From contig CP084166.1 of the NCBI GenBank assembly GCA_021513695.1, positions 576,001-640,000 of the forward strand: a stretch of 64,000 nucleotides of DNA, written 5' to 3'. The position numbers and the translations under genes are program-made. The stretch comes from Candidatus Heimdallarchaeum aukensis. GTDB taxonomy: Archaea; Asgardarchaeota; Heimdallarchaeia; Heimdallarchaeales; Heimdallarchaeaceae. Shown here piece by piece: positions 18,831-28,313 of the stretch. The notes under the pieces were generated by a model that was given only the letters and a program-made list of their open reading frames with translations, was not told the origin of the DNA and ran no database searches. Within the stretch, counting starts at the first letter, position 1. Each line of letters opens with the position of its first letter.

Positions 18831-20348
18831 TCAATCCTTTGAAGTGAGATGATATTTATATTCTTTTCCGAATATTTTTAGAAATTTTGCGATATATAAT
18901 TCAAAATCTATTATCCCACCTACTTGTTTATTATCTGCCTTAATAACTGCATATTCTAAAGGAGCATGCGCTCTTCCACTATGTCCCATTCCTGCTACTA
19001 TAAAAGGTATTTTCAATTTTTGCTGGAATAAAGAAAATGGAGCTGAACCTGCAAGTAGAGGTAGGACCATTACTTCTTTTTTGAATTCCTTGTACAACCT
19101 GTAAGAAATTTGAGCTAATGGATGTGAGAAAGGTATTTTTGCTGGCTCATATCCTCCTTTTTCAAATTCATATTCTATCATTGGAAAGTTTCTATCAAGA
19201 AATTCACTATATTTCTGTATCACATAAGATCTTGACTGAAATGGAGGGATTCTTATATCTAAATTTGCTTTTACTTCATGAGGGATTATTGTCATTGTTC
19301 CTTCTCCATAATATCCTCCTTCTATCCCATTTACTGATAACCCAGGTTTAAACAATATTTCTATTACTGCTTCTTTTCCCTTTAGTTCTTCTCCTTCTTT
19401 ATTGTTTCTAAATCTTTGAATTAGTCCTCCCCGCTTCATATTTTCTTCAAGAGAGTATTTTTTTAGATACTCCTCAATTATTTTTTCATCTTCCTCATTA
19501 GGATTTATTATTGCGGGATCATCCATTATTCCAGGAACAAGTATCTCATTTGTTTTATCATTTTTGAGCGAATGAATACATTCTATCAGTTTAAAGATCG
19601 GATTTTCTATTAACCCTGACAACGATGAATGCATATTGATTTTTGCTGGTCCTCCCCACTCTCCTCCTTTACACCGAAGTTTTAAAGCTACTATTCCTTT
19701 CACTCCTAAAGGCATACTTATCCTACCTAATTCATCTTCCCAAAAAGCAGGAAAAAGCAAAGCATCAGCTTTTTCTAGTTTTTCTTTATATTGTTCTATA
19801 AAGGGACCAATGTGTGTTGAACCTAGTTCTTCTTCTCCTTCTAGAGCAAAGATTATATTTACTGGTAATTCTCCATACAGTTCCTTATATACTTCTAAGA
19901 CATTAAAAAAAGCTATCGTTGGGCCTTTCTGATTACATACTCCTCTACCAAGAAGACATTTTCCTTTATATCCTTCTATCCACTCAAAATCAATTATTTC
20001 TGCGCCAAAGGGGTCAATCATTTTTTCTTCATAAACCCATTTTTCTGGAAATACAGGTTGAACATCATACATGCTGTAAAATAGAATAGTAGGTTTAGTT
20101 TCATCATGAACTAATTCTCCATAAACTACAGGGTGACCAAATTCACCTTTAGTCAAATCAACTAAATGAACGTCTTCTCCTCCTAAATGGACAATTTTCT
20201 CCATTAACATTTCTGTCATTTTTTCTATTCCGTTTCCATCAGCAGATACCGAAGGTTGTTTAATAAATCGTCTAATTTCTTCAATATGTTTAGTTTCAAA
20301 ATCTGTTTTTATTTTTGAATAAATTTCTTCAATATTCAATTTAATCAC
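18831..20348 (-). CDS. M20-family metallopeptidase (ArgE/DapE/dipeptidase type)
   Basis: PSVSADG..., HPVVYGE, LFYSMYDVQP and EGEEELGS motifs. The longest ORF runs to a GTG at 20405. I prefer the GTG at 20348 (MIKLNIEEIY) because a TTTATA box lies about 22-25 nt upstream of it, inside the longer ORF. Confidence 0.8.
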   Translation of the reverse strand: MIKLNIEEIYSKIKTDFETKHIEEIRRFIKQPSVSADGNGIEKMTEMLMEKIVHLGGEDVHLVDLTKGEFGHPVVYGELVHDETKPTILFYSMYDVQPVFPEKWVYEEKMIDPFGAEIIDFEWIEGYKGKCLLGRGVCNQKGPTIAFFNVLEVYKELYGELPVNIIFALEGEEELGSTHIGPFIEQYKEKLEKADALLFPAFWEDELGRISMPLGVKGIVALKLRCKGGEWGGPAKINMHSSLSGLIENPIFKLIECIHSLKNDKTNEILVPGIMDDPAIINPNEEDEKIIEEYLKKYSLEENMKRGGLIQRFRNNKEGEELKGKEAVIEILFKPGLSVNGIEGGYYGEGTMTIIPHEVKANLDIRIPPFQSRSYVIQKYSEFLDRNFPMIEYEFEKGGYEPAKIPFSHPLAQISYRLYKEFKKEVMVLPLLAGSAPFSLFQQKLKIPFIVAGMGHSGRAHAPLEYAVIKADNKQVGGIIDFELYIAKFLKIFGKEYKYHLTSKD

Positions 20349-20404
20349 TAATAATTTACATTGTTTGTATAAATAGCTTTTGAGACTTTTTACTAAAAAT
20401 ACCA

Positions 20405-20429
20405 CTACAATATTTTAGTAGTATTGTAG
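20405..20429. promoter_or_regulatory. Inverted repeat in a divergent promoter region
   Basis: CTACAATA-N9-TATTGTAG (8-bp arms), between the peptidase and cupin genes. Confidence 0.2.
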
Positions 20430-20489
20430 AGAAAACTGTCTTTGAGTAAAAAATAAAAGATACAGGTGTAAATTAATTTAGGTGAGTAT

Positions 20490-20831
20490 ATGATCAAAAA
20501 ACATTATGATCAAGTTGAAAAACTAGACGTAACAGACTACGGTTCTACAGGAACAACAATTAGATGGTTGATAACAAAAGAAGATGGTGCACCTAGATTT
20601 ACCATGCGAAGATTTGAAATTGAACCAAATGGTCAAATTGGAATGCATAGTCACCCACAAGAGCACGAAATTTACATTTTACAAGGAACTGGAATAGTTT
20701 ACAATGATAAAGAAGAATTTAATGTAAAAGCTCACGATGTATTGTTTGTTCCTCCAGATGAACCCCATGGCTATAAGAATACTGGAAATGAAAACTTCAC
20801 TTTTATCTGTGTCATTCCGTATTTAGAATAA
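20490..20831 (+). CDS. Cupin-domain protein
   Basis: GMHSHPQEHEIYILQGTG and PHGYKNTG motifs. AGGTGA ribosome-binding site 6 nt upstream. Confidence 0.8.
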   Translation: MIKKHYDQVEKLDVTDYGSTGTTIRWLITKEDGAPRFTMRRFEIEPNGQIGMHSHPQEHEIYILQGTGIVYNDKEEFNVKAHDVLFVPPDEPHGYKNTGNENFTFICVIPYLE

Positions 20832-21283
20832 AAAAATTAACTTTCTTTTACATTTTCAATCCATTTTTTCATTTCATCTATTGTAGGCATAGAACATTTT
20901 GAAACTATCCTTGGACTAGGCTTTTTAGCTACTTCAGTTGCTTTCTATAGTAACTCTTCTGGTTCATGAAATTGCTTATCTGGAGCTTTTGAACTATTAA
21001 GATAAACTTCTATATTTTTTAAGAACAATTTCTTCCATTTTGGTTTAATAAGTTGTAATGTTTCTACTGCTACTTTGTGATTACAGAACGACTCATTGAT
21101 TTTAATGCTATATTAAAATATGATGTCTAAAATTACATTTAAATAAAGAAAGCTTTTCAGTTTGTGGTTGTTCAATTTCTATACAGTGCAAAAAAAATCA
21201 ATAATTATATTTTCAGCTAAAAAAGTCATTGATTAAAATAGTTGTTAGAAAAACCTTAAATTTTATTATTTTCATTAAAAATT

Positions 21284-22066
21284 ATGGGAAAAGCTGAAAA
21301 AGATTATATTGATCGACTAGATGCCCAGTACAAACGTCAATCTGTATGGACGAAAGATTATAGAAATAAGATTTACCGTCAGATTGGTATTAAAGGGGCT
21401 AGAAGAATACTAGAAGTTGGTTGCGGAACAGGGGCCATTACCAAAGAAATTCGAGAAAAAAGCTCTGCTCAAATAACAGCCATCGATAGAGATCATTTAG
21501 TTATTGCTACTGCTCAAGAAAATATTACTGAGGTAGAATTTTATCGTATGAGCGTTGAAGAGATGTCCTTTCGGGATGAAACATTTGATATTGTTTTGTG
21601 TAACTATTTCTTTATGTGGCTTAATAAACCTTTCAAGTCTCTTATGGAGATGGTTAGAGTTTGTAAAACTGGAGGATATATTGTTGCTCTTGCAGAACCT
21701 GATTATGGAGGATGGATAGAACATCCTGATTTTGGTTTGGGAAAAAAACACATAGAAGGAATAAAAAAGCAAGGGGCTGACCCATTTATAGGGAGAAAAC
21801 TTCTTTCATTATTTGAATCTGGAGGGTTAGAAACAACTCTCTCTGTTGTTGCTAATGTCTGGGGAAAAGAAAGATTATTAGAACAAATTAAGAATGAATG
21901 GAAACTTGTTTTAGAAACAGAACAGATAAATGATGAAGAATACCAAGAAATAATAACCAAAGAAGTAAAGACTATAGAAGATAACATGAGAATGATTTTC
22001 TTACCTATATTTTCTGCTATAGGTAAAAAAATAAAATGTGTGCAAAAGCCCTCAACTCCTCCATAA
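21284..22066 (+). CDS. Class I SAM-dependent methyltransferase
   Basis: ILEVGCGTGAIT (motif I), followed by AIDRD and a Rossmann-like pattern. Confidence 0.85.
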   Translation: MGKAEKDYIDRLDAQYKRQSVWTKDYRNKIYRQIGIKGARRILEVGCGTGAITKEIREKSSAQITAIDRDHLVIATAQENITEVEFYRMSVEEMSFRDETFDIVLCNYFFMWLNKPFKSLMEMVRVCKTGGYIVALAEPDYGGWIEHPDFGLGKKHIEGIKKQGADPFIGRKLLSLFESGGLETTLSVVANVWGKERLLEQIKNEWKLVLETEQINDEEYQEIITKEVKTIEDNMRMIFLPIFSAIGKKIKCVQKPSTPP

Positions 22067-22146
22067 ACTCTTTTTTTACTATTAAGTAGGCAACACTTAA
22101 TATCCCTACAAAGGATTTTTTTATAAGAAGTTAGAGTGGAAGTCAA

Positions 22147-22845
22147 ATGGATACTAGTTCAAAAATTTTTTTAGTTTTGTTTACATTAACATCGATTCTT
22201 CATATTATAGAAGAGCTTAAAATAGATCTAAAGAAAAAACAAAATTCTATTTTGAGCTCAATTACTAAACTTCTTCTTATTCCATTTTTATTAGTATTTT
22301 ACATAATTTCAGCAATTACAGTATATCCTCTCATAGTCACAGCATTAGTTTCAGGGTTCTTAGGTGATTTATTTTTACTTTTACAAAGATTATATAGAAA
22401 AGAACGCTTCTTCTATTTAGGACTAGGTTCTTTTGCCCTTGGACATGTTTTCTATATTTTTAACTTCATAATTTTGACTTCTTTCCACAATTTTAGATGG
22501 TACTCTATTTTCCTTACATTTCCATTTATTTTAGGAGGAATAATAATAACTAAAATTCTATTAGTGCATATTAAAAAGAAAGAAGAGAAGATTTCAGTAG
22601 TTTTTTACATTTTAATGATGGTTATTTTAGGGATTAGTTCTTCCATACTTTTCGCTTCAAGTTATCGAACAAGTGAATTACTAATCTATCTCGGAGCTAT
22701 ATTTTTCGCAATTTCAGATGGAACAAACGGATATTGCAGATTTGTTAAACCGATTAAATACAAAGGAACTATAATTATGAGCACTTATATTGTAGCTCAA
22801 TTTTTGATTATTTATGGAATGTCCTCACTTACTAACATCATTTAG
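22147..22845 (+). CDS. YhhN-family (lysoplasmalogenase-like) membrane protein
   Basis: About 8 TM helices. Contains the two family signatures as I remember them: GFLGDLFLL and GAIFFAISDG. Confidence 0.6.
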   Translation: MDTSSKIFLVLFTLTSILHIIEELKIDLKKKQNSILSSITKLLLIPFLLVFYIISAITVYPLIVTALVSGFLGDLFLLLQRLYRKERFFYLGLGSFALGHVFYIFNFIILTSFHNFRWYSIFLTFPFILGGIIITKILLVHIKKKEEKISVVFYILMMVILGISSSILFASSYRTSELLIYLGAIFFAISDGTNGYCRFVKPIKYKGTIIMSTYIVAQFLIIYGMSSLTNII

Positions 22846-22903
22846 ACACTCTTTCTTTTTCTATTCTGACAACTTTAAATAATACCTTTTTTCGAATTAA
22901 AAT

Positions 22904-23278
22904 ATGAAAGATCTTGATGAATTTAAAGAATTCAGAAAAAAGATGAATGAAAGAATCTTTTCTTATGGAAACAAACAAATAAACAGATTTTTCTCTTTAG
23001 ACTCCCAGTCTTATCGTGAAGGAGCTTTATCTGAAAAAGTAAAAGAACTCTTAGGTTTAGCTACTTCCACAGTTTTGAGATGTGAAGACTGTATTACTTA
23101 TCATATTATAAGAGCTGTTCAAGTTGGATGTACCGATGATGAGATAATAGAAGCACTCGAAATAGCTTTAATCGTTGGGGGGTCAATTGTTATTCCCGAA
23201 TTGCGGAGAGCGGTGTCCACACTAGAAGATTTGAGAGAAAGACAAAAGAAAGGATTATCTATAGATGAATTAGTTTAA
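22904..23278 (+). CDS. Carboxymuconolactone decarboxylase / AhpD-like family protein
   Basis: LRCEDCITYHI (CxxC..H) core motif in a 124-aa all-helical protein. Confidence 0.8.
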   Translation: MKDLDEFKEFRKKMNERIFSYGNKQINRFFSLDSQSYREGALSEKVKELLGLATSTVLRCEDCITYHIIRAVQVGCTDDEIIEALEIALIVGGSIVIPELRRAVSTLEDLRERQKKGLSIDELV

Positions 23279-23344
23279 CACCCCTTCTTTTTTTCATAAC
23301 GTTCTCTTTTTACTGTTAAAAACGAAGAGAAGTAGTTTTGTATC

Positions 23345-23875
23345 TTAACTGTATGTTTTTAGTTTATCTAATTCCATATGTAACAATTTTTTAGCTTCTG
23401 TATTCTTGGAATTTAACCTTAAAGCTTTTTGGAAACACCTAATTGCTTCTTCTCCAGCAAGTACCTTTCCCAAACTGATCCAATCTCTTTCAGATTGGGG
23501 TCTTTGTTCGCCTAAGACAAATTTTAATCCTTCTTCAGGTTTCCCAAAATCTACAAAAACTACATGTTGTTGTATTAGTCCTGTAGATTGGATATTTGGT
23601 AAAATCGTTTTTAACAACGTTTCTTTATAAGTTGGCTCTTGATGTTTTTTTGAAACCAACCAGTACCACTCTGTTACATCTTCTTTTATTTTTGTTACCA
23701 ATATATGAGACTTATATTTTACTTCAGTTTTACACTTTGGGCATTTGTATACATTTATTTTTCCATTTATAATCTGTTTCAGCCTAAACGGTTCTTCATT
23801 CAAATTAATTGAAGAGCAAGCTCGAATTTCAAATTCTTTCGAACAATTTGGACAAATTATAACCTCTCTTTCCAT
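23345..23875 (-). CDS. CpXC zinc-ribbon protein with C-terminal TPR-like helix pair
   Basis: CPNCSKEF ... CPKCKTE, and a C-terminal AIRCFQKALRLNSKNTEAKKLL segment. Confidence 0.6.
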   Translation of the reverse strand: MEREVIICPNCSKEFEIRACSSINLNEEPFRLKQIINGKINVYKCPKCKTEVKYKSHILVTKIKEDVTEWYWLVSKKHQEPTYKETLLKTILPNIQSTGLIQQHVVFVDFGKPEEGLKFVLGEQRPQSERDWISLGKVLAGEEAIRCFQKALRLNSKNTEAKKLLHMELDKLKTYS

Positions 23876-24015
23876 TGAGCCCCCCTTTTTCAGACTCTAA
23901 ATATAACATATATAAAATAACTTTATAAATCTACTCATTCACAAAAAAAGTCAATTATTACGAAAATAAGCATTTGAAGGAGTATAATAGAGTATTTTTG
24001 AATGAAAGGTTTTTT

Positions 24016-24071
24016 TTGTCGATATTTTTTTCGACACAAATAATAAATTGTCGATATTTTTTTCGACACAA
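24016..24071. promoter_or_regulatory. Two perfect 24-nt direct repeats, each an inverted repeat (TGTCGA-N8-TCGACA); candidate operator pair
   Basis: TTGTCGATATTTTTTTCGACACAA occurs at 24016-24039 and 24048-24071, a 32-nt period. Lies in a divergent intergenic region. Confidence 0.45.
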
Positions 24072-24216
24072 GTATATTTTCAATCAATTTATTATAGTAT
24101 AAAAAATACTCAGATAGTTTTTCTTTATAATTTAAAGCTCTAAATTATAAAAAAGATGCTGATTGGTTTTTATTGGTACAGAAAAAATCTTTTTAAACTG
24201 AAAAATCTCTTTTAAA

Positions 24217-24846
24217 TTGAATTCAATGATTTCAAGAACATCGATGCTTAAACCAGAATTGCTTAAAAAAATGATGGCTGAAAGTGAAAAGAAAATCAGA
24301 GTAGAAAAAGAGTCTATTAACGCAATTAATGTTTTTCCAGTTGCTGATGGAGACACAGGAGCAAATATGTATTTTACGATAAAGAAAATAGTAGAAGAAG
24401 TTCAAAACGTAACAGATGAAGAAAAAATTCTTTCAGCTATTAATAGAGGAGCATTTTTAGGTGCTAAAGGAAATTCAGGTGTTATTTACTCTCAATTTTT
24501 AATAGGTATAGTTGAGAGCCTGGAAGAACAACAAGAAATTACAATAAATTCATTTTCTAAGGGGCTAGAGCAAGGAGTAGAATATGCTTATGACGCAGTA
24601 ATGAACCCTGTAGAAGGGACAATATTAACTGTTATGCGTAAAGTGGCTGAAAAAGCTGCACAAATAGCAAAAACAAATGAAGAAATTGGGTGGGTAGAGT
24701 TTTTTGATGAATTAATTGAAACAGCTTACAAATCTTTAGAAGAAACTCCAGAACAACTCGAAGTGTTAAAAAACGCAGGAGTAGTAGATGCAGGAGCAAA
24801 AGGTTTTGTTCATATATTAGAATCATGGAGAAAAGCTTTGGAATAA
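24217..24846 (+). CDS. DAK2 (DhaL-like) domain protein
   Basis: INVFPVADGDTGANM motif. The track start is TTG at 24217. ATG at 24226 sits about 28 nt after a TTTTAAAC box and may be the real start. Confidence 0.75.
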   Translation: MNSMISRTSMLKPELLKKMMAESEKKIRVEKESINAINVFPVADGDTGANMYFTIKKIVEEVQNVTDEEKILSAINRGAFLGAKGNSGVIYSQFLIGIVESLEEQQEITINSFSKGLEQGVEYAYDAVMNPVEGTILTVMRKVAEKAAQIAKTNEEIGWVEFFDELIETAYKSLEETPEQLEVLKNAGVVDAGAKGFVHILESWRKALE

Positions 24847-24906
24847 ACCTAAATGCTCATAGTTTTCATTTTTCATTTAATTACCTTTAAATAATATTAG
24901 ATTCCT

Positions 24907-26205
24907 TTGCTTGTTATGACTACTTCAGAAGAGTCAATACCAAGTGATAAATTTCTGAACTTAGAAAAAAATAAGATAGTAGAGGGAGAGATATTAAAAG
25001 AAACGGATAAGGAAAAAATAACACTAACTCCTAAAACAGGAAAAACAAGAAGTAAATTTGAATTGTATTTCTTTAGTACAGAAGTAATACTTATGATCGC
25101 GGGTATTGTTATTCTAATTTTAGTTTCAATTAGTCCTTGGCTTTTCTTTGAACACAATTTAATAATAAATAGAGATGAGTATGGAACAGTAATCAGCACA
25201 AGTATGTATATTGGAGATTTATCCCCATTGGCATTAGGATTAACTACTGTTTGCTTGATGTTTCCTTTATTAAACAACTATTTGTACATTTTTGTATTAG
25301 AAAGTGAAAAAAGATTAAAAGCTTATATTATACGATCTGCTACAAATGCAATAGCTTTAGCAGTAATGCTTGCTGTAAAAGCAAATGGAATTTATTTTAA
25401 AAGCAATTATTCACAGGCAGTTTTTTTTGCAATTTATACACTTTTTGGAAACTTTTACTTGAGAACAGCCTTATTGTTTACAAGAAAAAAATCAAAGAGT
25501 ATCTTATTCAGCAGAATAGAATCAGCTTCTCCAGCAGAAATAGAATGGAAAAAATACAACAAAATTTCAGGTTATCTAGCAGTAATATTAGGAATATTCA
25601 TGCTGCAGTTTATTTGGTTAATATACCATCTCATAATTAGACCTGCAAAAATAAACAAAACAAAGGATCAACTAATCATTGAATTTTTGGATTTTGGCCA
25701 AGAAGTAAACTGTAGTAAAATAGCCTTAGAGCTCGCCATTTCGCTTGAAGAAGTAATTTATAGAATAAAAAAGCTAGTATTTAAAGAACAAATCTCTGGA
25801 GAGTTTTCACGTTATGGTTTTATTTTACATGAGATAAAAAATCCAAAATGGTTCTCAAATAAAGTATCCGAGAAATACGAAGCATTTATTCTGACAGTGA
25901 AAATGTCAGAAAAAGAAAAGCATGTTAACAGATTCTTTGATATAGCGGAAAGAAAGAAGATTAGTGTTAATGAATTTAGAAGAATATTTAAGATCAAAGA
26001 TGATTATATCATAAGTGATTTTGTTCTATTACTACCTCCCCATACTGTTAAATTGAGAAAAAACATTGTATTAGGAAAGCAATTCCTTTTATTTAACTAT
26101 GATTTGATCTTGATGAAAAGAAAGCAAATCAAAGAAAGTTTGCTTTACCACTTTGACGAAGTATTTAACCTAAAGATTACTGAAAAGGTAAAAACAAAAA
26201 AATAA
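24907..26205 (+). CDS. Polytopic membrane protein with C-terminal winged-helix-like segments
   Basis: 432 aa. Hydrophobic helices at about residues 55-250. Then CSKIALELAISLEEVIYRIKKLV and ISVNEFRRIFKIKDDYI segments resembling wHTH. Confidence 0.5.
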   Translation: MLVMTTSEESIPSDKFLNLEKNKIVEGEILKETDKEKITLTPKTGKTRSKFELYFFSTEVILMIAGIVILILVSISPWLFFEHNLIINRDEYGTVISTSMYIGDLSPLALGLTTVCLMFPLLNNYLYIFVLESEKRLKAYIIRSATNAIALAVMLAVKANGIYFKSNYSQAVFFAIYTLFGNFYLRTALLFTRKKSKSILFSRIESASPAEIEWKKYNKISGYLAVILGIFMLQFIWLIYHLIIRPAKINKTKDQLIIEFLDFGQEVNCSKIALELAISLEEVIYRIKKLVFKEQISGEFSRYGFILHEIKNPKWFSNKVSEKYEAFILTVKMSEKEKHVNRFFDIAERKKISVNEFRRIFKIKDDYIISDFVLLLPPHTVKLRKNIVLGKQFLLFNYDLILMKRKQIKESLLYHFDEVFNLKITEKVKTKK

Positions 26206-26355
26206 ACTACTTATCTATTATACATTTTTTCTTTTTCGATCTTCTTTTTGCTTTTTATTTTTTCATAGAAATTTGTATTCTGAGTCTTTTTTAAAAGAAA
26301 CAATTTTTAGATTTTTTAGATAAAATTTATTTAGTAGCATTACATTTGGATTTTT

Positions 26356-27426
26356 ATGATATGGCTTTCTTTATCTTATTCAATTTTTTCTTTAATAATT
26401 TTAACAATGTTTCTGATTGTTATTATTATAAAACAACTTGAACTTCGATGTACAGCAGTTTATTTTCTAATCATGATCATTGTATCTATTATTGGATGGA
26501 TAGTTGGAGATATGTTACAGATCATTTTTAGCAGCTTGGAAAATAAAGAATTGGTTCTCCTATTTTCACGAATAGCTACTATAAGTAGCATGATTGCAAT
26601 GATTAGCACAGTCTTATTTGCTAGAGTTCTAACTGCTCGTCAAACTTTGAATTCAACAATCGTAATTATTGCTTTCATGTTGTTTAGTGCTGTCGTTGCT
26701 CTCACTTTAAGTTCTAGTTATAAAGTAATTGATCCACCTAAAGATGTAGAATTTTACAAGACCGAAGCAGAACTCTTATGGGTAATTTTTGATGGAGTTT
26801 TGGTAATATTTGCTGGTTCTGTTTTCCTTTACTATCTTATTCGACAAAGAAAAATTGTACAAAAAAGATACTTACCTGTTTTAACTTTAATGAGCGTAGG
26901 AGTCATAATCGCTTTCTTTGTTAGCACTATCCTTTACACAATTTATGCGATATGGTTTATTGTTCCTTTATTACATTTAGAACTGGTAAGCGCTAGTTTA
27001 GGCGCAATAATAATAGGAATAGCAATGATCAAAGGAGGAAAAGAAGCAATTTACTATTCATCAAGAGTTTTCTCATTACATATTTTTGATGAAGTAGGAA
27101 TAAGCTATTATGCTAGTGTTTTTCAAGCAGGATATATAGTTGATGAGCAATTAATCTCAGGAGTAGCATCAGCTATTATAAGTTTTGCAAAAGAACTAAT
27201 CGGAAAAGAGGTTTTTCCACGAGAAATAGATCTTGACGATTACTCATTATTACTAGCTAAAAAAGACAATATAATTATTCTAATAAGCGTGGAATATCCT
27301 ACTGCACATCTAAGACAGACGATGAACAATATTATTGAAAAATTCAGTATGGATATGAGTGAAGAGGAAATAGGAAATCTTGTTGAAAACTATATATGCT
27401 TTGAACCAAGAAAACTAGTCCACTAA
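26356..27426 (+). CDS. 7-TM-like membrane domain fused to a cytoplasmic longin/roadblock-type domain
   Basis: N-terminal 230 aa are polytopic. The C-terminal 120 aa share the pattern seen in 46018..48018 and 57494..59419 (h-h-h-x-x-x-G-I-x-h-x-S-x-x-F ... L-I-S-G-h-x-S-A-I-I-x-F-x-x-E-L). Confidence 0.6.
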   Translation: MIWLSLSYSIFSLIILTMFLIVIIIKQLELRCTAVYFLIMIIVSIIGWIVGDMLQIIFSSLENKELVLLFSRIATISSMIAMISTVLFARVLTARQTLNSTIVIIAFMLFSAVVALTLSSSYKVIDPPKDVEFYKTEAELLWVIFDGVLVIFAGSVFLYYLIRQRKIVQKRYLPVLTLMSVGVIIAFFVSTILYTIYAIWFIVPLLHLELVSASLGAIIIGIAMIKGGKEAIYYSSRVFSLHIFDEVGISYYASVFQAGYIVDEQLISGVASAIISFAKELIGKEVFPREIDLDDYSLLLAKKDNIIILISVEYPTAHLRQTMNNIIEKFSMDMSEEEIGNLVENYICFEPRKLVH

Positions 27427-27634
27427 TTCTTTCTTTTTTCATTTTTTGCCTAATTTTCGTAAATTTTTATAAGAAAAGCAAGTAAAAATTCTTTAAGCTC
27501 CAATTATTTGTAAAAAATGAGAAAAAAAGAGAATATTAGAGATAAATTCTTAAAAAGGCAAAAATTGAGACAACAATAAAAAAGAAGTTTTAGCATAACA
27601 AGAAAAAGAATCAAATTGAGAGAGAGGTAAAGTA

Positions 27635-28102
27635 ATGAAAAATTACTCAAAATTAATTAAATTTTCTACAGTAATAGCACTACTAGGATTCTTAGTTTCA
27701 CTTTTTCTTTTGTATTCTGAACTAACAAATTCATTTTATTGCGTAATTGAAAAACAATTTTTTGACTGTGCAGAAGTAAATAGAAGCTCTTATGCTACTA
27801 TTCTTGGAATACCAATAAGTCTTATGGGAGCTGTTTACTACTTATTTATTATTATAACTGCAATAATGATAACTAAACAGGTAAAAGAAAAGCTCTTACT
27901 TGATATTTTACTTCCTGTAACTACAACTGCTGGGTTAATTTTCTCTGTCTATTTGACTTTAATAGAAGCATTGGTAATAAAAAAATTCTGTGAATATTGT
28001 TTAACATCAGCAATTTGTAGCCTTATCTTGGCTTTAATTTACTTAATAAGACCTATTGCTAAACTAAAAAAATTCACAGCTAGAAAGGTAAATACAAGCT
28101 AA
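27635..28102 (+). CDS. VKOR (vitamin K epoxide reductase) family membrane oxidoreductase
   Basis: Loop cysteines C..x8..C followed by SSYATILGIPISLMG, and CEYC in the last TM. Confidence 0.75.
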   Translation: MKNYSKLIKFSTVIALLGFLVSLFLLYSELTNSFYCVIEKQFFDCAEVNRSSYATILGIPISLMGAVYYLFIIITAIMITKQVKEKLLLDILLPVTTTAGLIFSVYLTLIEALVIKKFCEYCLTSAICSLILALIYLIRPIAKLKKFTARKVNTS

Positions 28103-28160
28103 AGTTAATCTAATCGAAATAATCAAAAACTTAAAATAGGCTAAAATTTTTTATTTATAT

Positions 28161-28200
28161 GGCTGAAGCAATAATATATTTTTGTATTTCCGCTTCAGCC
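28161..28200. terminator. GC-rich hairpin between convergent genes
   Basis: GGCTGAAGC at 28161-28169 pairs with GCTTCAGCC at 28192-28200 (22-nt AT loop). Followed by CTCCCTCCCTC. Confidence 0.3.
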
Positions 28201-28313
28201 CTCCCTCCCTCAATTTTGCATATTAATAATTAAATTCTCAAATTTTTTGAACATTCAAAATTAAAAAAAGTTAAGGAACTGTTTGTGATAAAAAAAGAAA
28301 AAATGTAGTTAGT

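Noticed and set aside
20837-21110. Minus-strand reading frame (...NESFCNHKVAVETLQLIKPKWKKLFLKNIEVYLNSSKAPDKQFHEPEELL-TAG-KATEVAKKPSPRIVSKCSMPTIDEMKKWIENVKES) that looks like a gene remnant with an in-frame TAG
   Set aside because: There is no start codon, no recognisable family and no evidence for stop-codon recoding. It is at best a decayed pseudogene, and I cannot support a call.
24016-24071. Possible mini-CRISPR array
   Set aside because: There are only two repeat copies, the spacer is 8 nt, and there are no cas genes. It is better explained as an operator pair or hairpins.
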